From contig OZ250165.1 in assembly GCA_965238005.1 (NCBI GenBank), forward strand, positions 4,160,001 to 4,224,000: 64,000 nt of DNA, given 5' to 3'. Source of the stretch: Longimicrobiales bacterium (lineage in GTDB: Bacteria; Gemmatimonadota; Gemmatimonadetes; Longimicrobiales; Gaopeijiaceae). A program made the translations under genes and the position numbers. Positions 48,802 through 58,623 of the stretch are shown here, one piece after another (within the stretch, counting starts at the first letter, position 1; each line of letters opens with the position of its first letter). The notes below the pieces were generated by a model. The model was not told the DNA's origin and did no database searches. It was given only the letters and a program-made list of their open reading frames with translations.

Positions 48802-49890
48802 TCACGCTTCCTTCACGGATGGACTGACGGGCTCGGGCTGGGACTCCGTCTCGGTCGTGGCTGGCTCTGGGGAGGGCCTCCCGGCGTCGGCCGCTTCCTC
48901 GGACGACGACGCGCGCACGACGTACGTCGGCCGACCCTTCGTCTGATCGTACGCACGCCCCAGGTATTCTCCGAGCAGCCCAATCCCAATGAGCTGAGCG
49001 CCACCGAGGAAAGTGATCGCGGCGGCTAGGGTCGCCCAGCCGGGCGGGGAGACGGCCGTCTCTCCCGTGATGAGCGCGTACGCACCCGCGACCACAGCGA
49101 CGACACCGTACGAGAACGAGAGGAAGGCGAGCGAGATACCGGCTACGGTGAAGAGTCGCAGCGGCAGGATCGAAAACGAAAAGACTCCGGTGGTCACCAG
49201 ACGGAGCAGCTGCCGCAAGGTGTACTTCCCCTCGCCGGCGAAGCGGGGGCGCACTTCGTAGTCGAGTCCGATCTGCCGGAAGCCGATCCAGTCGATGAGG
49301 CCGCGAAGGAACTTCTCGTGCTCCGGCATCGCAACGAGCGCGTCCACCACGGCCCGGTCGAGCAGACGGAAGTCGGACTGACCGAACTGCAGCTTCATCC
49401 CCGACACGAAGCGGAGCACACCGTACCCCATCTTCATGAGCAGGCGGCGGTGCAGCGAGAGCGCCTGCAGGGAGCCTCGTTTGATGGTGTACACGACGTC
49501 GTACCCGGACCTCCAGAGCTCCACCATCTCGGGCAGCAGCTCCGGCGGGTGCTGAAGGTCGGCGTCCATGGAGACCACGACGTCACCTCGTGCGTGCTCC
49601 AGCCCCGCCACGATGGCCGCCTGGTGTCCGAAACTCCGGGACAGCCTCAGGTATCGAACGTGCGGGTCACCCGCGTGCAGCTCTTTGAGAAGGGAGAGCG
49701 TGCCGTCCTCGCTGCCGTCATCCACGACGATGAGCTCGAAGTCGTCTGCGAGTTCAGTCAGGACCGCACACAACTCATTGACCAGCTGTTCGAGACCTTC
49801 GGCCTCATTCAGCGCCGGGGTGACGACCGTTAGCAGACGGGGGCGGGCCCGGCTCGGTGTTCCGGTGGGCGGGGAAGAGTTGTCGGACAA
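48802..49890 (-). CDS. GT2 polyprenyl-phosphate glycosyltransferase (GtrB/ArnC-like)
   Basis: PALNE...VDDGSEDGT...LSRSFGHQAA...MDADLQHPP...SDFRLLDR, plus two C-terminal TMs and IGLLGEYLGR. TTG start is inferred. Confidence 0.92.
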   Translation of the reverse strand: MSDNSSPPTGTPSRARPRLLTVVTPALNEAEGLEQLVNELCAVLTELADDFELIVVDDGSEDGTLSLLKELHAGDPHVRYLRLSRSFGHQAAIVAGLEHARGDVVVSMDADLQHPPELLPEMVELWRSGYDVVYTIKRGSLQALSLHRRLLMKMGYGVLRFVSGMKLQFGQSDFRLLDRAVVDALVAMPEHEKFLRGLIDWIGFRQIGLDYEVRPRFAGEGKYTLRQLLRLVTTGVFSFSILPLRLFTVAGISLAFLSFSYGVVAVVAGAYALITGETAVSPPGWATLAAAITFLGGAQLIGIGLLGEYLGRAYDQTKGRPTYVVRASSSEEAADAGRPSPEPATTETESQPEPVSPSVKEA

Positions 49891-49972
49891 GGGGATCTCC
49901 GGGTGCCGAGTGCAGTTCGGGGCGTGCCTACAATATGCGTCGCGCGACTCGAAGAAGGGTAGCAGTCTCCCC

Positions 49973-51721
49973 CTAGATCCTTGCCTGCACGGTGTAGAGC
50001 TGGTGATAGCGCCCGTCGACGGCGATGAGGTCATCGTGGCGCCCTCGCTCCACGATCTGCCCGTCCTCGATGACCAGGATCAGGTCGGCCCGCTGGATGG
50101 TCGAGAGCCGGTGCGCGATGACGAACGTGGTCCGGTCCTGGAGCAGCTGCCCCAGGCTCTCCTGGATGAACGCTTCGCTCTCGGTGTCGAGGCTGGACGT
50201 CGCCTCGTCGAGTAGGAGGATCCGCGGGTTCGACAGGATCGCCCGGGCGATGGTCACGCGCTGGCGCTGACCTCCCGAGAGCTTGACCCCCCGCTCGCCG
50301 ATCACGGTGTCCAGGCCCTCGGGGAAGCGATCCGTGAACTCGGTCACGTGGGCCTGCCGGGTGGCTGTGTCCAGATCCGCATCCGAAGCGCCTGCCCGGG
50401 CGAACAGCAGGTTCTCACGGATGGTTCCGTCGAAGAGGAAGTCGTCCTGGAGGACCAGGCCGAGCTGCTCCCGGTAGCTGGCCAGCTTCACGTTGGCGAG
50501 GTCGATGCCGTCGACGAGCACCCGCCCTGTGTCCGGCGTGAGGAAGGTGGCGGCCAGCCCGGCCAGGGTGGACTTTCCCGAGCCCGAGCTGCCCACCAGG
50601 GCGATGACCGTCCCCGAATCCGCCTCGAAGCTGATGCCCTTGAGAACGGGCTTGTCTTCATCGTACGCGAAGCACACATCCTCGAAGATCACGTGGCCCT
50701 CGATGGGAGGCATGATCTCGGTCCGGCGGGGATCGTCGTCCTCGCCCGGCCAGGAGAGGAGCTCTTCGGTGCGGTCGAGGCCGGCGAAGGCCTCGGTCAT
50801 CTGGGTGCCGATGTTGGACATCTGGACGATGGGTCCCACCAGGAAGCCCATGAACAGCGTGAAGGAGAATAGCTCTCCCAGCGTGAGGGAGCCCTGGAGG
50901 ATCATTCGGCCGCCGTACCCCACGACGAGCATGCTGGCGAGCCCCATGAAGAAGGTGCCCAGGCTGGTGACCGTGCTGGACGTGGTGAGCGTGGTCTTCA
51001 CGTTGTCGAAGATGCGGAGCACGCCGGCCTCGAAGATCTCGCCTTCCTTCTCCACGGCGTGGAAGCCCTTGATCACGCGGATCCCTCCCAGGGCCTCGGT
51101 CAGCCGCCCGGTGACCTCCGCCCGGATCTCGCCGCGTTGGCGGAAAGCGGGCCGGAGCGTCTGAAAGGCCCTTGTCGCGACAAAGCCGAAGAGCGCCAGC
51201 GGGACGAGGGCCAGGAGCGTCATGACCAAGTCGATCCGCACCAGGAACACGAAGGCCACCACGGCCGTGATGGTGCCGCCCACTAGCTGCACGAGCCCGG
51301 TGCCCACCAGGTTCCGCACGCCCTCCACGTCGTCCATGATCCGAGACACCAGCTCACCCGTCTTGGTGTCGTCGAACGTCCGGATGGGTAGCTGGAGCAC
51401 GTGCTTCTGTACCTGGGCCCTGAGATTCGCGATCAGGTGTTGGGCCTCGACGCTGAGGAGCATCGTCAGCAGAAACGCGGTACCGGCCTGAATGGCTATG
51501 GCAAAGGCGAGCAGGCCCAGCAGCTTGAAGAGGAGGTCGATCTGTCCCTGCCCCAGGACCTCGTCGATGAGGTACTTGGTGGAGGCTGGAAGGACGAGGC
51601 CGCTCAGGCGGTTGAGCAGGATGAGGAAGAGACCGAGGGAAATGAGCTTCCGGCGAGGCCAAATGATCTCGTGGAAGGCGTTTCGAAGGCTAGCGCCGGT
51701 GACCTTGGGTTTCTTTGACAT
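49973..51721 (-). CDS. ABC exporter, fused permease/ATPase (MsbA-like)
   Basis: N-terminal TMD; GSSGSGKST, LSGGQRQR, LLLDEATS, IAHRLST. Confidence 0.93.
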   Translation of the reverse strand: MSKKPKVTGASLRNAFHEIIWPRRKLISLGLFLILLNRLSGLVLPASTKYLIDEVLGQGQIDLLFKLLGLLAFAIAIQAGTAFLLTMLLSVEAQHLIANLRAQVQKHVLQLPIRTFDDTKTGELVSRIMDDVEGVRNLVGTGLVQLVGGTITAVVAFVFLVRIDLVMTLLALVPLALFGFVATRAFQTLRPAFRQRGEIRAEVTGRLTEALGGIRVIKGFHAVEKEGEIFEAGVLRIFDNVKTTLTTSSTVTSLGTFFMGLASMLVVGYGGRMILQGSLTLGELFSFTLFMGFLVGPIVQMSNIGTQMTEAFAGLDRTEELLSWPGEDDDPRRTEIMPPIEGHVIFEDVCFAYDEDKPVLKGISFEADSGTVIALVGSSGSGKSTLAGLAATFLTPDTGRVLVDGIDLANVKLASYREQLGLVLQDDFLFDGTIRENLLFARAGASDADLDTATRQAHVTEFTDRFPEGLDTVIGERGVKLSGGQRQRVTIARAILSNPRILLLDEATSSLDTESEAFIQESLGQLLQDRTTFVIAHRLSTIQRADLILVIEDGQIVERGRHDDLIAVDGRYHQLYTVQARI

Positions 51722-51829
51722 GTCGCGGGGTCGGGGTGGGTTCGGCCTCGTGGCCTTCAATGGCGGCCTAAAGATAGTCCTCGAGGGCCCTCTGCGGTGA
51801 TGGAGACCGCTCGGCCCCGCTGAACAGGA

Positions 51830-52456
51830 CTAGGCCCCGCTGAGCAGGACCAGCCCCCACACCACGAGCGCTGCCCCGGCGAGCCTGCCGATCCGCTCGC
51901 CTCGGGGCGCGAGAGTCTCCACGGCGATCACCACCGTGAGGACCGCCATCCACGCCAGGTTCATCACGCCGAGGGCGAAGCCGGTGAGCATGAGGGCCCA
52001 GCAGCATCCCACGCAGAAAGCTCCGTGGGACAGGCCCATGCGGAACGCGCCGCCTGGGCCGTTACGCCACCGCGCGAGGAAGTAGCTCATCGGTGTACGG
52101 CAGTGCTCGAGGCACGCTGCCTTCGCCGGTGTCACCTGATAGAGCCCCGTACCCACGAGAACCAAACCGGCCAACGGCGCCAACAACGCAGAAGACGCTC
52201 CCAGGAGCCCCCATGAGCGGAGGCCGATCTGGAGCGACGCCCCCACCACGCTGAAGGCCAGCCACGCGGCGAGGTACCCGCAGCCGAACAGCGCCACCCA
52301 GCCGCCTCGGACCGCGCCCGACTCCCGGTCTCTGGCGAGGGCGGCGAAGCCGGTGAGCCACGGGAGGACGGCCGGCAGCATCATGACCACCATCATGAGC
52401 ATCCACATGGCGATGGTCGCCACGAGGCCGGCTCCATGGGATGTGGATGTGGTCAT
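51830..52456 (-). CDS. DUF2182 putative metal-binding integral membrane protein
   Basis: WMLMMVVMMLP...GYLAAW...YQVTPAKAACLEHCRTP...CVGCCWALM...GVMNLAWM. Confidence 0.9.
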   Translation of the reverse strand: MTTSTSHGAGLVATIAMWMLMMVVMMLPAVLPWLTGFAALARDRESGAVRGGWVALFGCGYLAAWLAFSVVGASLQIGLRSWGLLGASSALLAPLAGLVLVGTGLYQVTPAKAACLEHCRTPMSYFLARWRNGPGGAFRMGLSHGAFCVGCCWALMLTGFALGVMNLAWMAVLTVVIAVETLAPRGERIGRLAGAALVVWGLVLLSGA

Positions 52457-53127
52457 GCGGCGTCGACCGCCCAATCGAAGTCGGAGTAGAGGGCGTGGGT
52501 GCCCTCGTTCGCGACGACGATCTCGCCGTCGTCGTAGGTGGTGCTGCCCCGGGCGATGACCTGGGTGGGGGCGTGGATCTGGTTGAAGATGTTCTGGAAG
52601 GTGACCGGCCGATCCCGGTCCCTCCCCTGGATATTCTCCACAGTGCCTTCGAGAAGACCTTCGATGACGATCCGCTTCACCGCACCTTCGTCCGCGATGT
52701 CGATGGGGAGTGTGCGGGTGGGGAGCCTCCTTTCGACGAAGCGGTCCAGGACCTCCCACGGCCCACCCGCCTGGCCGGTGAGAATGGCCTCCGCCGCCGA
52801 GCGCTGTGCATCCGACGCGGCCTCGTCGAGGATGAGCACCTCGGTCCAACCGCCCGAGATCATGTGCTGGGGGGACTCGTACGCTATGACGGCGCTCACT
52901 CCGGCGAGGTCGACGTCTCCGTACGCGCCCTCGTCCACCCGGAGGGCCCAGTAGCCGAGGCAGCGCTCGTGGGTGCAGTTGTTGGAGAAGTGCATGTGTC
53001 CAGGGCACACCACCTGGCAGTTGCAGTTCTCGAAGAGAAGGCCCTTGGCCCACCACGAGATGCCAGCCGACCTCCCCTCATCCCTGGCGCCGCCGTCTCC
53101 GGACCCGTCAGTGGAAACATCCGTCAT
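52453..53127 (-). CDS. DUF1326 family protein
   Basis: WWAKGLLFENCNCQVVCPGH...C...C...GAYGDVDLAG...DEAASDAQR...GQAGGPW...FDW; paired with DUF2182. Confidence 0.85.
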   Translation of the reverse strand: MTDVSTDGSGDGGARDEGRSAGISWWAKGLLFENCNCQVVCPGHMHFSNNCTHERCLGYWALRVDEGAYGDVDLAGVSAVIAYESPQHMISGGWTEVLILDEAASDAQRSAAEAILTGQAGGPWEVLDRFVERRLPTRTLPIDIADEGAVKRIVIEGLLEGTVENIQGRDRDRPVTFQNIFNQIHAPTQVIARGSTTYDDGEIVVANEGTHALYSDFDWAVDAA

Positions 53128-53128
53128 G

Positions 53129-54640
53129 CTATGCCTTGCCTTCTGCCCGGGTGACCGGGTCTCCGACACCCCGGGAGAGCTCGTCTCCAACCCGCAACAC
53201 CTCGTCCACGAGAAAGTCCACGTCGCTCACTTGGGTGCGGAAGCTCACGATGCAGGCTCGGAGAGAGTACCTCCCCTCCAGCTTGGTGGGTGACATGTAG
53301 CATCGCCCCTCCCTCACCAGCGTCTCGACAATCTCTCGGTTGACGGCGTCGACTCGCTTGACGACGTCGACGGTTTCGTCGCTGACGGCCTGCTCCGGCA
53401 CGTATCGGAAGCAGGAGATGCTAAGCTCGGAGCCCAGCGATTCGAGACGCGGATGATCCGCGATCCTCTGGTCGAGGTGTTTCCGGAGGGCGATGTCGTG
53501 TGAGATCGCTCCCCTGAGCCCCTCCACCCCCCGGGCCTTGAGGATGGTCCACACCTTGAGTCCCCGGAAGCGCCGCGACATCTCCAGGCCCCGGTCGAAG
53601 AGGGCGTAGCGCTCGATGGGGTCCGTCTGAGTGACCTCGGTATACTCGCTGAAGAGCGTGAAGGCCCTCCTCGCGTCATCGTCGTTCCGGACCAGGATGC
53701 AGCCGGCGTCCGCCGGTGCGTAGAGCCACTTGTGGGGATCCAGCGACAGGGAGTCGGCGCGGGAGAAGGCCCGGGCCATCCAGGCGTACTCCTCCGTGAG
53801 AACCGCCGGGGCTCCGTAGCATCCGTCGATGTGGAGCCACACACCGTGCTCCTCGGCGATGTCCGCGACCTCGTCCAGGGGATCGATGGCCCCCGTGTTC
53901 GCCGTACCGGCGGACACACCGATCAGGGCCGGCACCAGCCCGGCGGCTCGATCCTCCTGCAAGGCGTGCCAAAGGGCGTCGGGACGAAGGCGCCGGAGCG
54001 CGTCGATCTCCAGAAGGCGGACCTGAGCCGGCGGCACGCCCAAGAGCTTCGCGGCCTTGCGCATCGACACGTGCCCCTCTCTGGAGAGGTAGACGGTGAG
54101 TCGATGCCTCGACCCCGCTGCCAGACCCGCCTGCTCCTCGGCCCGGGTCACCGCGCAGGCCATCCCGTGGAAGTTCGCCGATGACCCGCCGCTCACCAGG
54201 AGCCCGCTGTCGTCACCGCCGAAGCCCACAAGCGCGTCGAGCCACCGCACCGCCAGGCGCTCGATCTCGGTGGCGCCGGGCGCCGAGCGCCAGGCGGTGA
54301 CGGGCTGGTTGAGGGCCGAAGCCATGGCATCGGCCAGGACTCCAAGAGGGTCGGCCGTCGTGCATACGTAGCCGAAGAATCGAGGGTGGCCGTTCCGGCG
54401 GCAGTAGGGGAGCAAATGGTCGCGCCACTGCGCGAGGATGTTATCGGGCGTCGAGCCCGCCTGTGGGAGGGGCTCATCGAGCAGGCCGCGCAGCTCTTCC
54501 CCCGATATGGAGCGGAGCACGGGCTCTGAGCGCTCGGCCTCGAAGGCCTCGAGCATCAGCTCGATGAGGCGCTCCCCCAGCCGCCCGAACTCATCCGGGG
54601 CAAGATCGAAGGACACGTGGTCGGTGGTCGGCTCGGACAT
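53129..54640 (-). CDS. PLP-dependent group II (aromatic-L-amino-acid/glutamate) decarboxylase
   Basis: HPRFFGY...SGGSSAN...AGTANTGAIDPL...WLHIDGCYG...DSLSLDPHKW...SRRFRGLK. Confidence 0.92.
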   Translation of the reverse strand: MSEPTTDHVSFDLAPDEFGRLGERLIELMLEAFEAERSEPVLRSISGEELRGLLDEPLPQAGSTPDNILAQWRDHLLPYCRRNGHPRFFGYVCTTADPLGVLADAMASALNQPVTAWRSAPGATEIERLAVRWLDALVGFGGDDSGLLVSGGSSANFHGMACAVTRAEEQAGLAAGSRHRLTVYLSREGHVSMRKAAKLLGVPPAQVRLLEIDALRRLRPDALWHALQEDRAAGLVPALIGVSAGTANTGAIDPLDEVADIAEEHGVWLHIDGCYGAPAVLTEEYAWMARAFSRADSLSLDPHKWLYAPADAGCILVRNDDDARRAFTLFSEYTEVTQTDPIERYALFDRGLEMSRRFRGLKVWTILKARGVEGLRGAISHDIALRKHLDQRIADHPRLESLGSELSISCFRYVPEQAVSDETVDVVKRVDAVNREIVETLVREGRCYMSPTKLEGRYSLRACIVSFRTQVSDVDFLVDEVLRVGDELSRGVGDPVTRAEGKA

Positions 54641-54805
54641 CCCGTGGGTATGCCCCACCAGAGGCCATATGTCAACCGAACACCCGGTGGAACAGGAATT
54701 TGTTGGACGCCCATGCCAACGCCAGGTGGTTGGAGCGGCGTGCGTCGAAACAGCACTACAGCGGCAGCGAGCGCGAGCCGGCGCTCTACGGTCACGCCAG
54801 AGGTC

Positions 54806-55126
54806 CTACTCCTCGGCCTCGTCGGAGTCCGGCCCCCGCTCGACCTCGATGGAGCAGCTCGCGACGAGTGCCGCGACCGCGCCAATAGCCGCCCACATGG
54901 GAGCCAGCACGGCCCCCACCACGCCTACGGAGAGGGGCACCTCGATGAGTGACCTGCCCTCTTCGTTCTTGATGATGATCCGCCGTACGTTTCCTTGATG
55001 GATCAGCTCCTTGATCTTGCCGATCACTTTGTCGCCGCTGACCCTGTGCTCCTCGCGGGTCCTGCCTCCTGCGTCTCCCTCGATCTGACGCTCGGTTCCT
55101 GCGGTCGCATCGTCCATTTCGTCCAC
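54806..55126 (-). CDS. DUF4342 family protein
   Basis: KIKELIHQGNVRRIIIK...LIEVPLSVGVVGAVLAP. Confidence 0.85.
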   Translation of the reverse strand: MDEMDDATAGTERQIEGDAGGRTREEHRVSGDKVIGKIKELIHQGNVRRIIIKNEEGRSLIEVPLSVGVVGAVLAPMWAAIGAVAALVASCSIEVERGPDSDEAEE

Positions 55127-55260
55127 TCCTCGTGTTGGCCTTCGGCCGGCTCAGGCTCTCAGTGTGGCTGCGACGCCACACAAATTAACGCCACACAAGT
55201 CTAAGATCCGCCCGCGGATACCGCGATCATGCAAGAAGCCGGACCTGGTATCGCCGGGAT

Positions 55261-56985
55261 CTAGGCACTGATCTCGTGCGCCTCTCCGGCGCCTCTGGGC
55301 ACGCGGATTAGGTCGACCAGATGTGCGATTCTGGCCGGAGGCGGGGGGGTGAAGCGCGACACCGTCCACGCCACCGCGAAGTTCACGAGCATGCCCACGG
55401 TGCCGATCCCCTCAGGCGAGATCCCGAACCACCAATGCTCGGCCGTGTTGGCTGCGGGGTTCACGAACTTGAAGTAGACGATATACGCAGCCGTCAGCGA
55501 GATCCCAGAGATCATCCCTAGAACCGCGCCCTCCCGGTTCATGCGCTTCGAGAAGATCCCCATGATGAACGCCGGGAAGAACGATGCCGCCGCGAGCCCG
55601 AAGGCGAAGGCCACCACCTCAGCCACGAATCCGGGCGGGTTGATACCCAGGTAGCCCGCCACGATGACGGCAGCCCCCGCACTCACGCGAGCCGCGATGA
55701 GCTCCCCGCGCTCTGTGATATCCGGCTTGAAGCCCCGTTTCAACAGGTCGTGGCTCACCGCCGAGGAGACTACCAGAAGGAGTCCCGCCGCCGTCGAGAG
55801 GGCCGCGGCCAATCCGCCCGCCGCCACGAGCCCGATCACCCAGTTGGGGAGTCCCGAGATCTCCGGATTGGCCAGGACCATAATGTCCTGGTCGATGGTG
55901 AGCTCGTTCTCCACCGGGGAGCCTCCGGCGCCCATGGCCTCCGGACCCACGAACTGGATCAGGCCGTCGCCGTTCTTGTCGTCGAAGGAGATGAGGCCCG
56001 TCTCCTCCCACTTCGTGAACCACTCGGGCATCTCCGAGTAGGGCTGCTCGGAGACGGTGTTGATCAGATTCATGCGGGCGAACACCGCCACGGCAGGCGC
56101 GGCTGTATAGAGGAGGGCGATGAAGACCAGGGCCCACCCGACGCTGATGCGGGCGTCCCGAACCTTAGGCACCGTGTAGAAGCGGACCATGACGTGGGGA
56201 AGCCCCGCCGTCCCCACCATGAGGGCCGCGGTGATGGCGAACACGTCAATGGTGGTCTTCGTCCCTGAGGTGTATGGGGTGAATCCCAGCTCCTGGTGCA
56301 GCCCGTTGAGCCGATCGAGAAGGAAGGTCCCGCTCTCCTGGTCCATCCCCCCGAAGCCCAGCTGCGGTATGGCGTTTCCGGTGATGAGGAGGGAAAGGAA
56401 GATCGCCGGGACGAGGTACGCGAAGATCAGCACGCAGTACTGGGTGACCTGGGTATAGGTGATGCCCTTCATCCCTCCCAGGACCGCGTAAAAGAAGACG
56501 ATCCCCATGCCGATGAGCACGCCGATCTCCACCGGCACCTCCAGGAACCGACCGAAGACGATCCCCACACCCCTCATCTGGCCGGCCACGTACGTGAACG
56601 AAATGAAGATGGCGCAGACGACCGCCACCACTCGGGCCGCCTGCGAGTAGTAGCGGTCGCCCACGAAGTCGGGGACCGTGTAGGCTCCGAACTTCCGAAG
56701 GTAGGGGGCCAGAAGAAGGGCCAGGAGCACGTACCCTCCAGTCCATCCCATGAGGTAGACCGAGCCGTCGTAGCCTCGGAACGCGATGAGGCCGGCCATT
56801 GAGATGAACGACGCGGCAGACATCCAGTCGGCGGCCGTGGCCATGCCGTTGGCCAGGGGCGAGACGCCGGTGCCGGCGACGTAGAACTCCTTGGTGGAGC
56901 GCGCCTGCGACCACACGGCCACCCCGATGTACAGGGCGAAGGAGAGGCTCACCAGGACGAAGGTCCAGGCCTGGACGGTCATCAA
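55261..56985 (-). CDS. Sodium:solute symporter (ActP-like cation/acetate symporter family)
   Basis: NGMATAADWMSAASFISMAG...GWTGGY...GGMKGITYTQV...GTAGLPHV. Confidence 0.93.
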   Translation of the reverse strand: MMTVQAWTFVLVSLSFALYIGVAVWSQARSTKEFYVAGTGVSPLANGMATAADWMSAASFISMAGLIAFRGYDGSVYLMGWTGGYVLLALLLAPYLRKFGAYTVPDFVGDRYYSQAARVVAVVCAIFISFTYVAGQMRGVGIVFGRFLEVPVEIGVLIGMGIVFFYAVLGGMKGITYTQVTQYCVLIFAYLVPAIFLSLLITGNAIPQLGFGGMDQESGTFLLDRLNGLHQELGFTPYTSGTKTTIDVFAITAALMVGTAGLPHVMVRFYTVPKVRDARISVGWALVFIALLYTAAPAVAVFARMNLINTVSEQPYSEMPEWFTKWEETGLISFDDKNGDGLIQFVGPEAMGAGGSPVENELTIDQDIMVLANPEISGLPNWVIGLVAAGGLAAALSTAAGLLLVVSSAVSHDLLKRGFKPDITERGELIAARVSAGAAVIVAGYLGINPPGFVAEVVAFAFGLAAASFFPAFIMGIFSKRMNREGAVLGMISGISLTAAYIVYFKFVNPAANTAEHWWFGISPEGIGTVGMLVNFAVAWTVSRFTPPPPARIAHLVDLIRVPRGAGEAHEISA

Positions 56986-57302
56986 TCGCCGTCCTCGTCC
57001 AGGCCGAACTTCCGGTCCAGGCGGTTCATGAGGACCACGTAGACGAAGATCAGGACGACGAAGGTGTAGATGGAGCCCTGTTGGGCGAACCAGAACCCCA
57101 GGGGAAAGCCCGTGCCCGGGATGCGGATGGCGTTGAGTTGCTCGACGAACAGGATTCCCGCCCCATACGAGACCAGGAACCAGATGGTGAGCAGAACCGC
57201 GACGTAGGTGAGGTTCCGGCGCCAGTAGGCGGTGGGGCTCGCTGCCGAGTCGTAGTCACCGTCTGTGGATGTCGGATCTCTCAAGCTGTACGCCTCTTCC
57301 AT
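56982..57302 (-). CDS. DUF4212 small symporter-associated membrane protein
   Basis: YWRRNL...GFPLGFWFAQQGSI; overlaps the symporter start. Confidence 0.9.
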   Translation of the reverse strand: MEEAYSLRDPTSTDGDYDSAASPTAYWRRNLTYVAVLLTIWFLVSYGAGILFVEQLNAIRIPGTGFPLGFWFAQQGSIYTFVVLIFVYVVLMNRLDRKFGLDEDGD

Positions 57303-57448
57303 GGGCCGTGTTGGACACAGGGCGCCGGTATGGTGTAGTGAAGGCTGGCGTCGCGCAAATCAGCCAGGATGGCCGAGGTCGAGGATTGCCAACTCCGTCG
57401 GGATGACGGCACGATTCGAGCCCGCCCAAAACCGGGGAGGAATAAGCC

Positions 57449-58623
57449 ATGAAGGAAGCGCTATCGACACGGGACGGGCTCGCTTCGTTCGAAATCATCG
57501 GCCGCGCCCTTGTAGTGGCGGCCATTGCCGGCGCGGCCCTGACGCTGTGCACGACGCCCGCCGAGACTCCCACAACCACGGTGGTCAGTTCGTCGCCCCT
57601 GCAGGTCGAGACCCTGGTGTCCGGTCTGGACACTCCCTGGGATCTGGCCTGGGGCCCCGACGGCTCCATGTGGGTGACCGAGCGGCCCGGACTGATCTCC
57701 AGGGTCGACCCGAGCACAGGAACGCTCACGCTCGTGGGTGAGATAGATGTCCTGGAGCGGGGAGAGAGCGGCCTCATGGGCATGGCATTCCACCCTGACT
57801 TCGCGAATCAGCCGTACGTATACCTGGCCCATTCCTACGGTGACGGAGGGGATATCAGGAATCGCCTGATTCGCATGCGATATGACGGCGTGAGGCTGGG
57901 CCAAACCGAGATTCTCATCGACGACATCCCGGTCGCAGCAACCACGACGGGTCGCGCTTGGCCGTCGGCCCTGATGGATATCTGTACATGACCATGGGAG
58001 ATGCGGGCCGGGCGAGCTCGGCCCAGGACCTGGGATCCCTTTCCGGAAAGGTTCTGCGCGTCATGCTGGACGGCCGTCCGGTGCCCGACAACCCTTTCGG
58101 CTCCCTGGTCTACTCCTACGGGCACCGCAACCCCCAGGGCATCGTGTTCCAACCGCGCACGGGAGATCTCTACGTGGCAGAGCACGGTCCCAGCGACAAC
58201 GACGAGGTCAGTCGGATCGTGAGGGGCGGCAACTTCGGCTGGCCCGACGTTCACGGCTTCTGTGACGGCGACACGTCGGGGGAGGAGGCCTTCTGCGCGA
58301 GCAACGTGGTGGAGGAGCCTCTGGAGGCGTGGACTCCCGCCATAGGGATCTCCGGGGCGGACTATTACGACGGCGATCTGATTCCCGAGTGGAAGGGGAG
58401 CCTGCTCGTCACGTCGCTCACTGGCGAGACGCTATACCGCCTCGAGCTCTCCGCAGACGGACGGCGGGTAGTGGGCCGTGAGGCCCTCTACCAAAGGGAG
58501 TTCGGGCGCCTCCGCGACGTTCTGGTGGGGCCAGGCGGGGAGGTGTATCTGGCTACGAGCAATCGCGATGGCCGTGGCAACCCTGCCGGCGACGACGATC
58601 GCATCCTGCTGATCAGGCCCTAG
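57449..58623 (+). pseudogene. PQQ-dependent sugar dehydrogenase (GSDH/Asd-like), frameshift near 57932
   Basis: GLDTPWDLAWGPDG...VTERPG...GLMGMAFHPDF, then NHDGSRLAVGPDG...GHRNPQG...GRLRDV in another frame. One G is missing in a short G run, probably a sequencing error. Confidence 0.85.
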
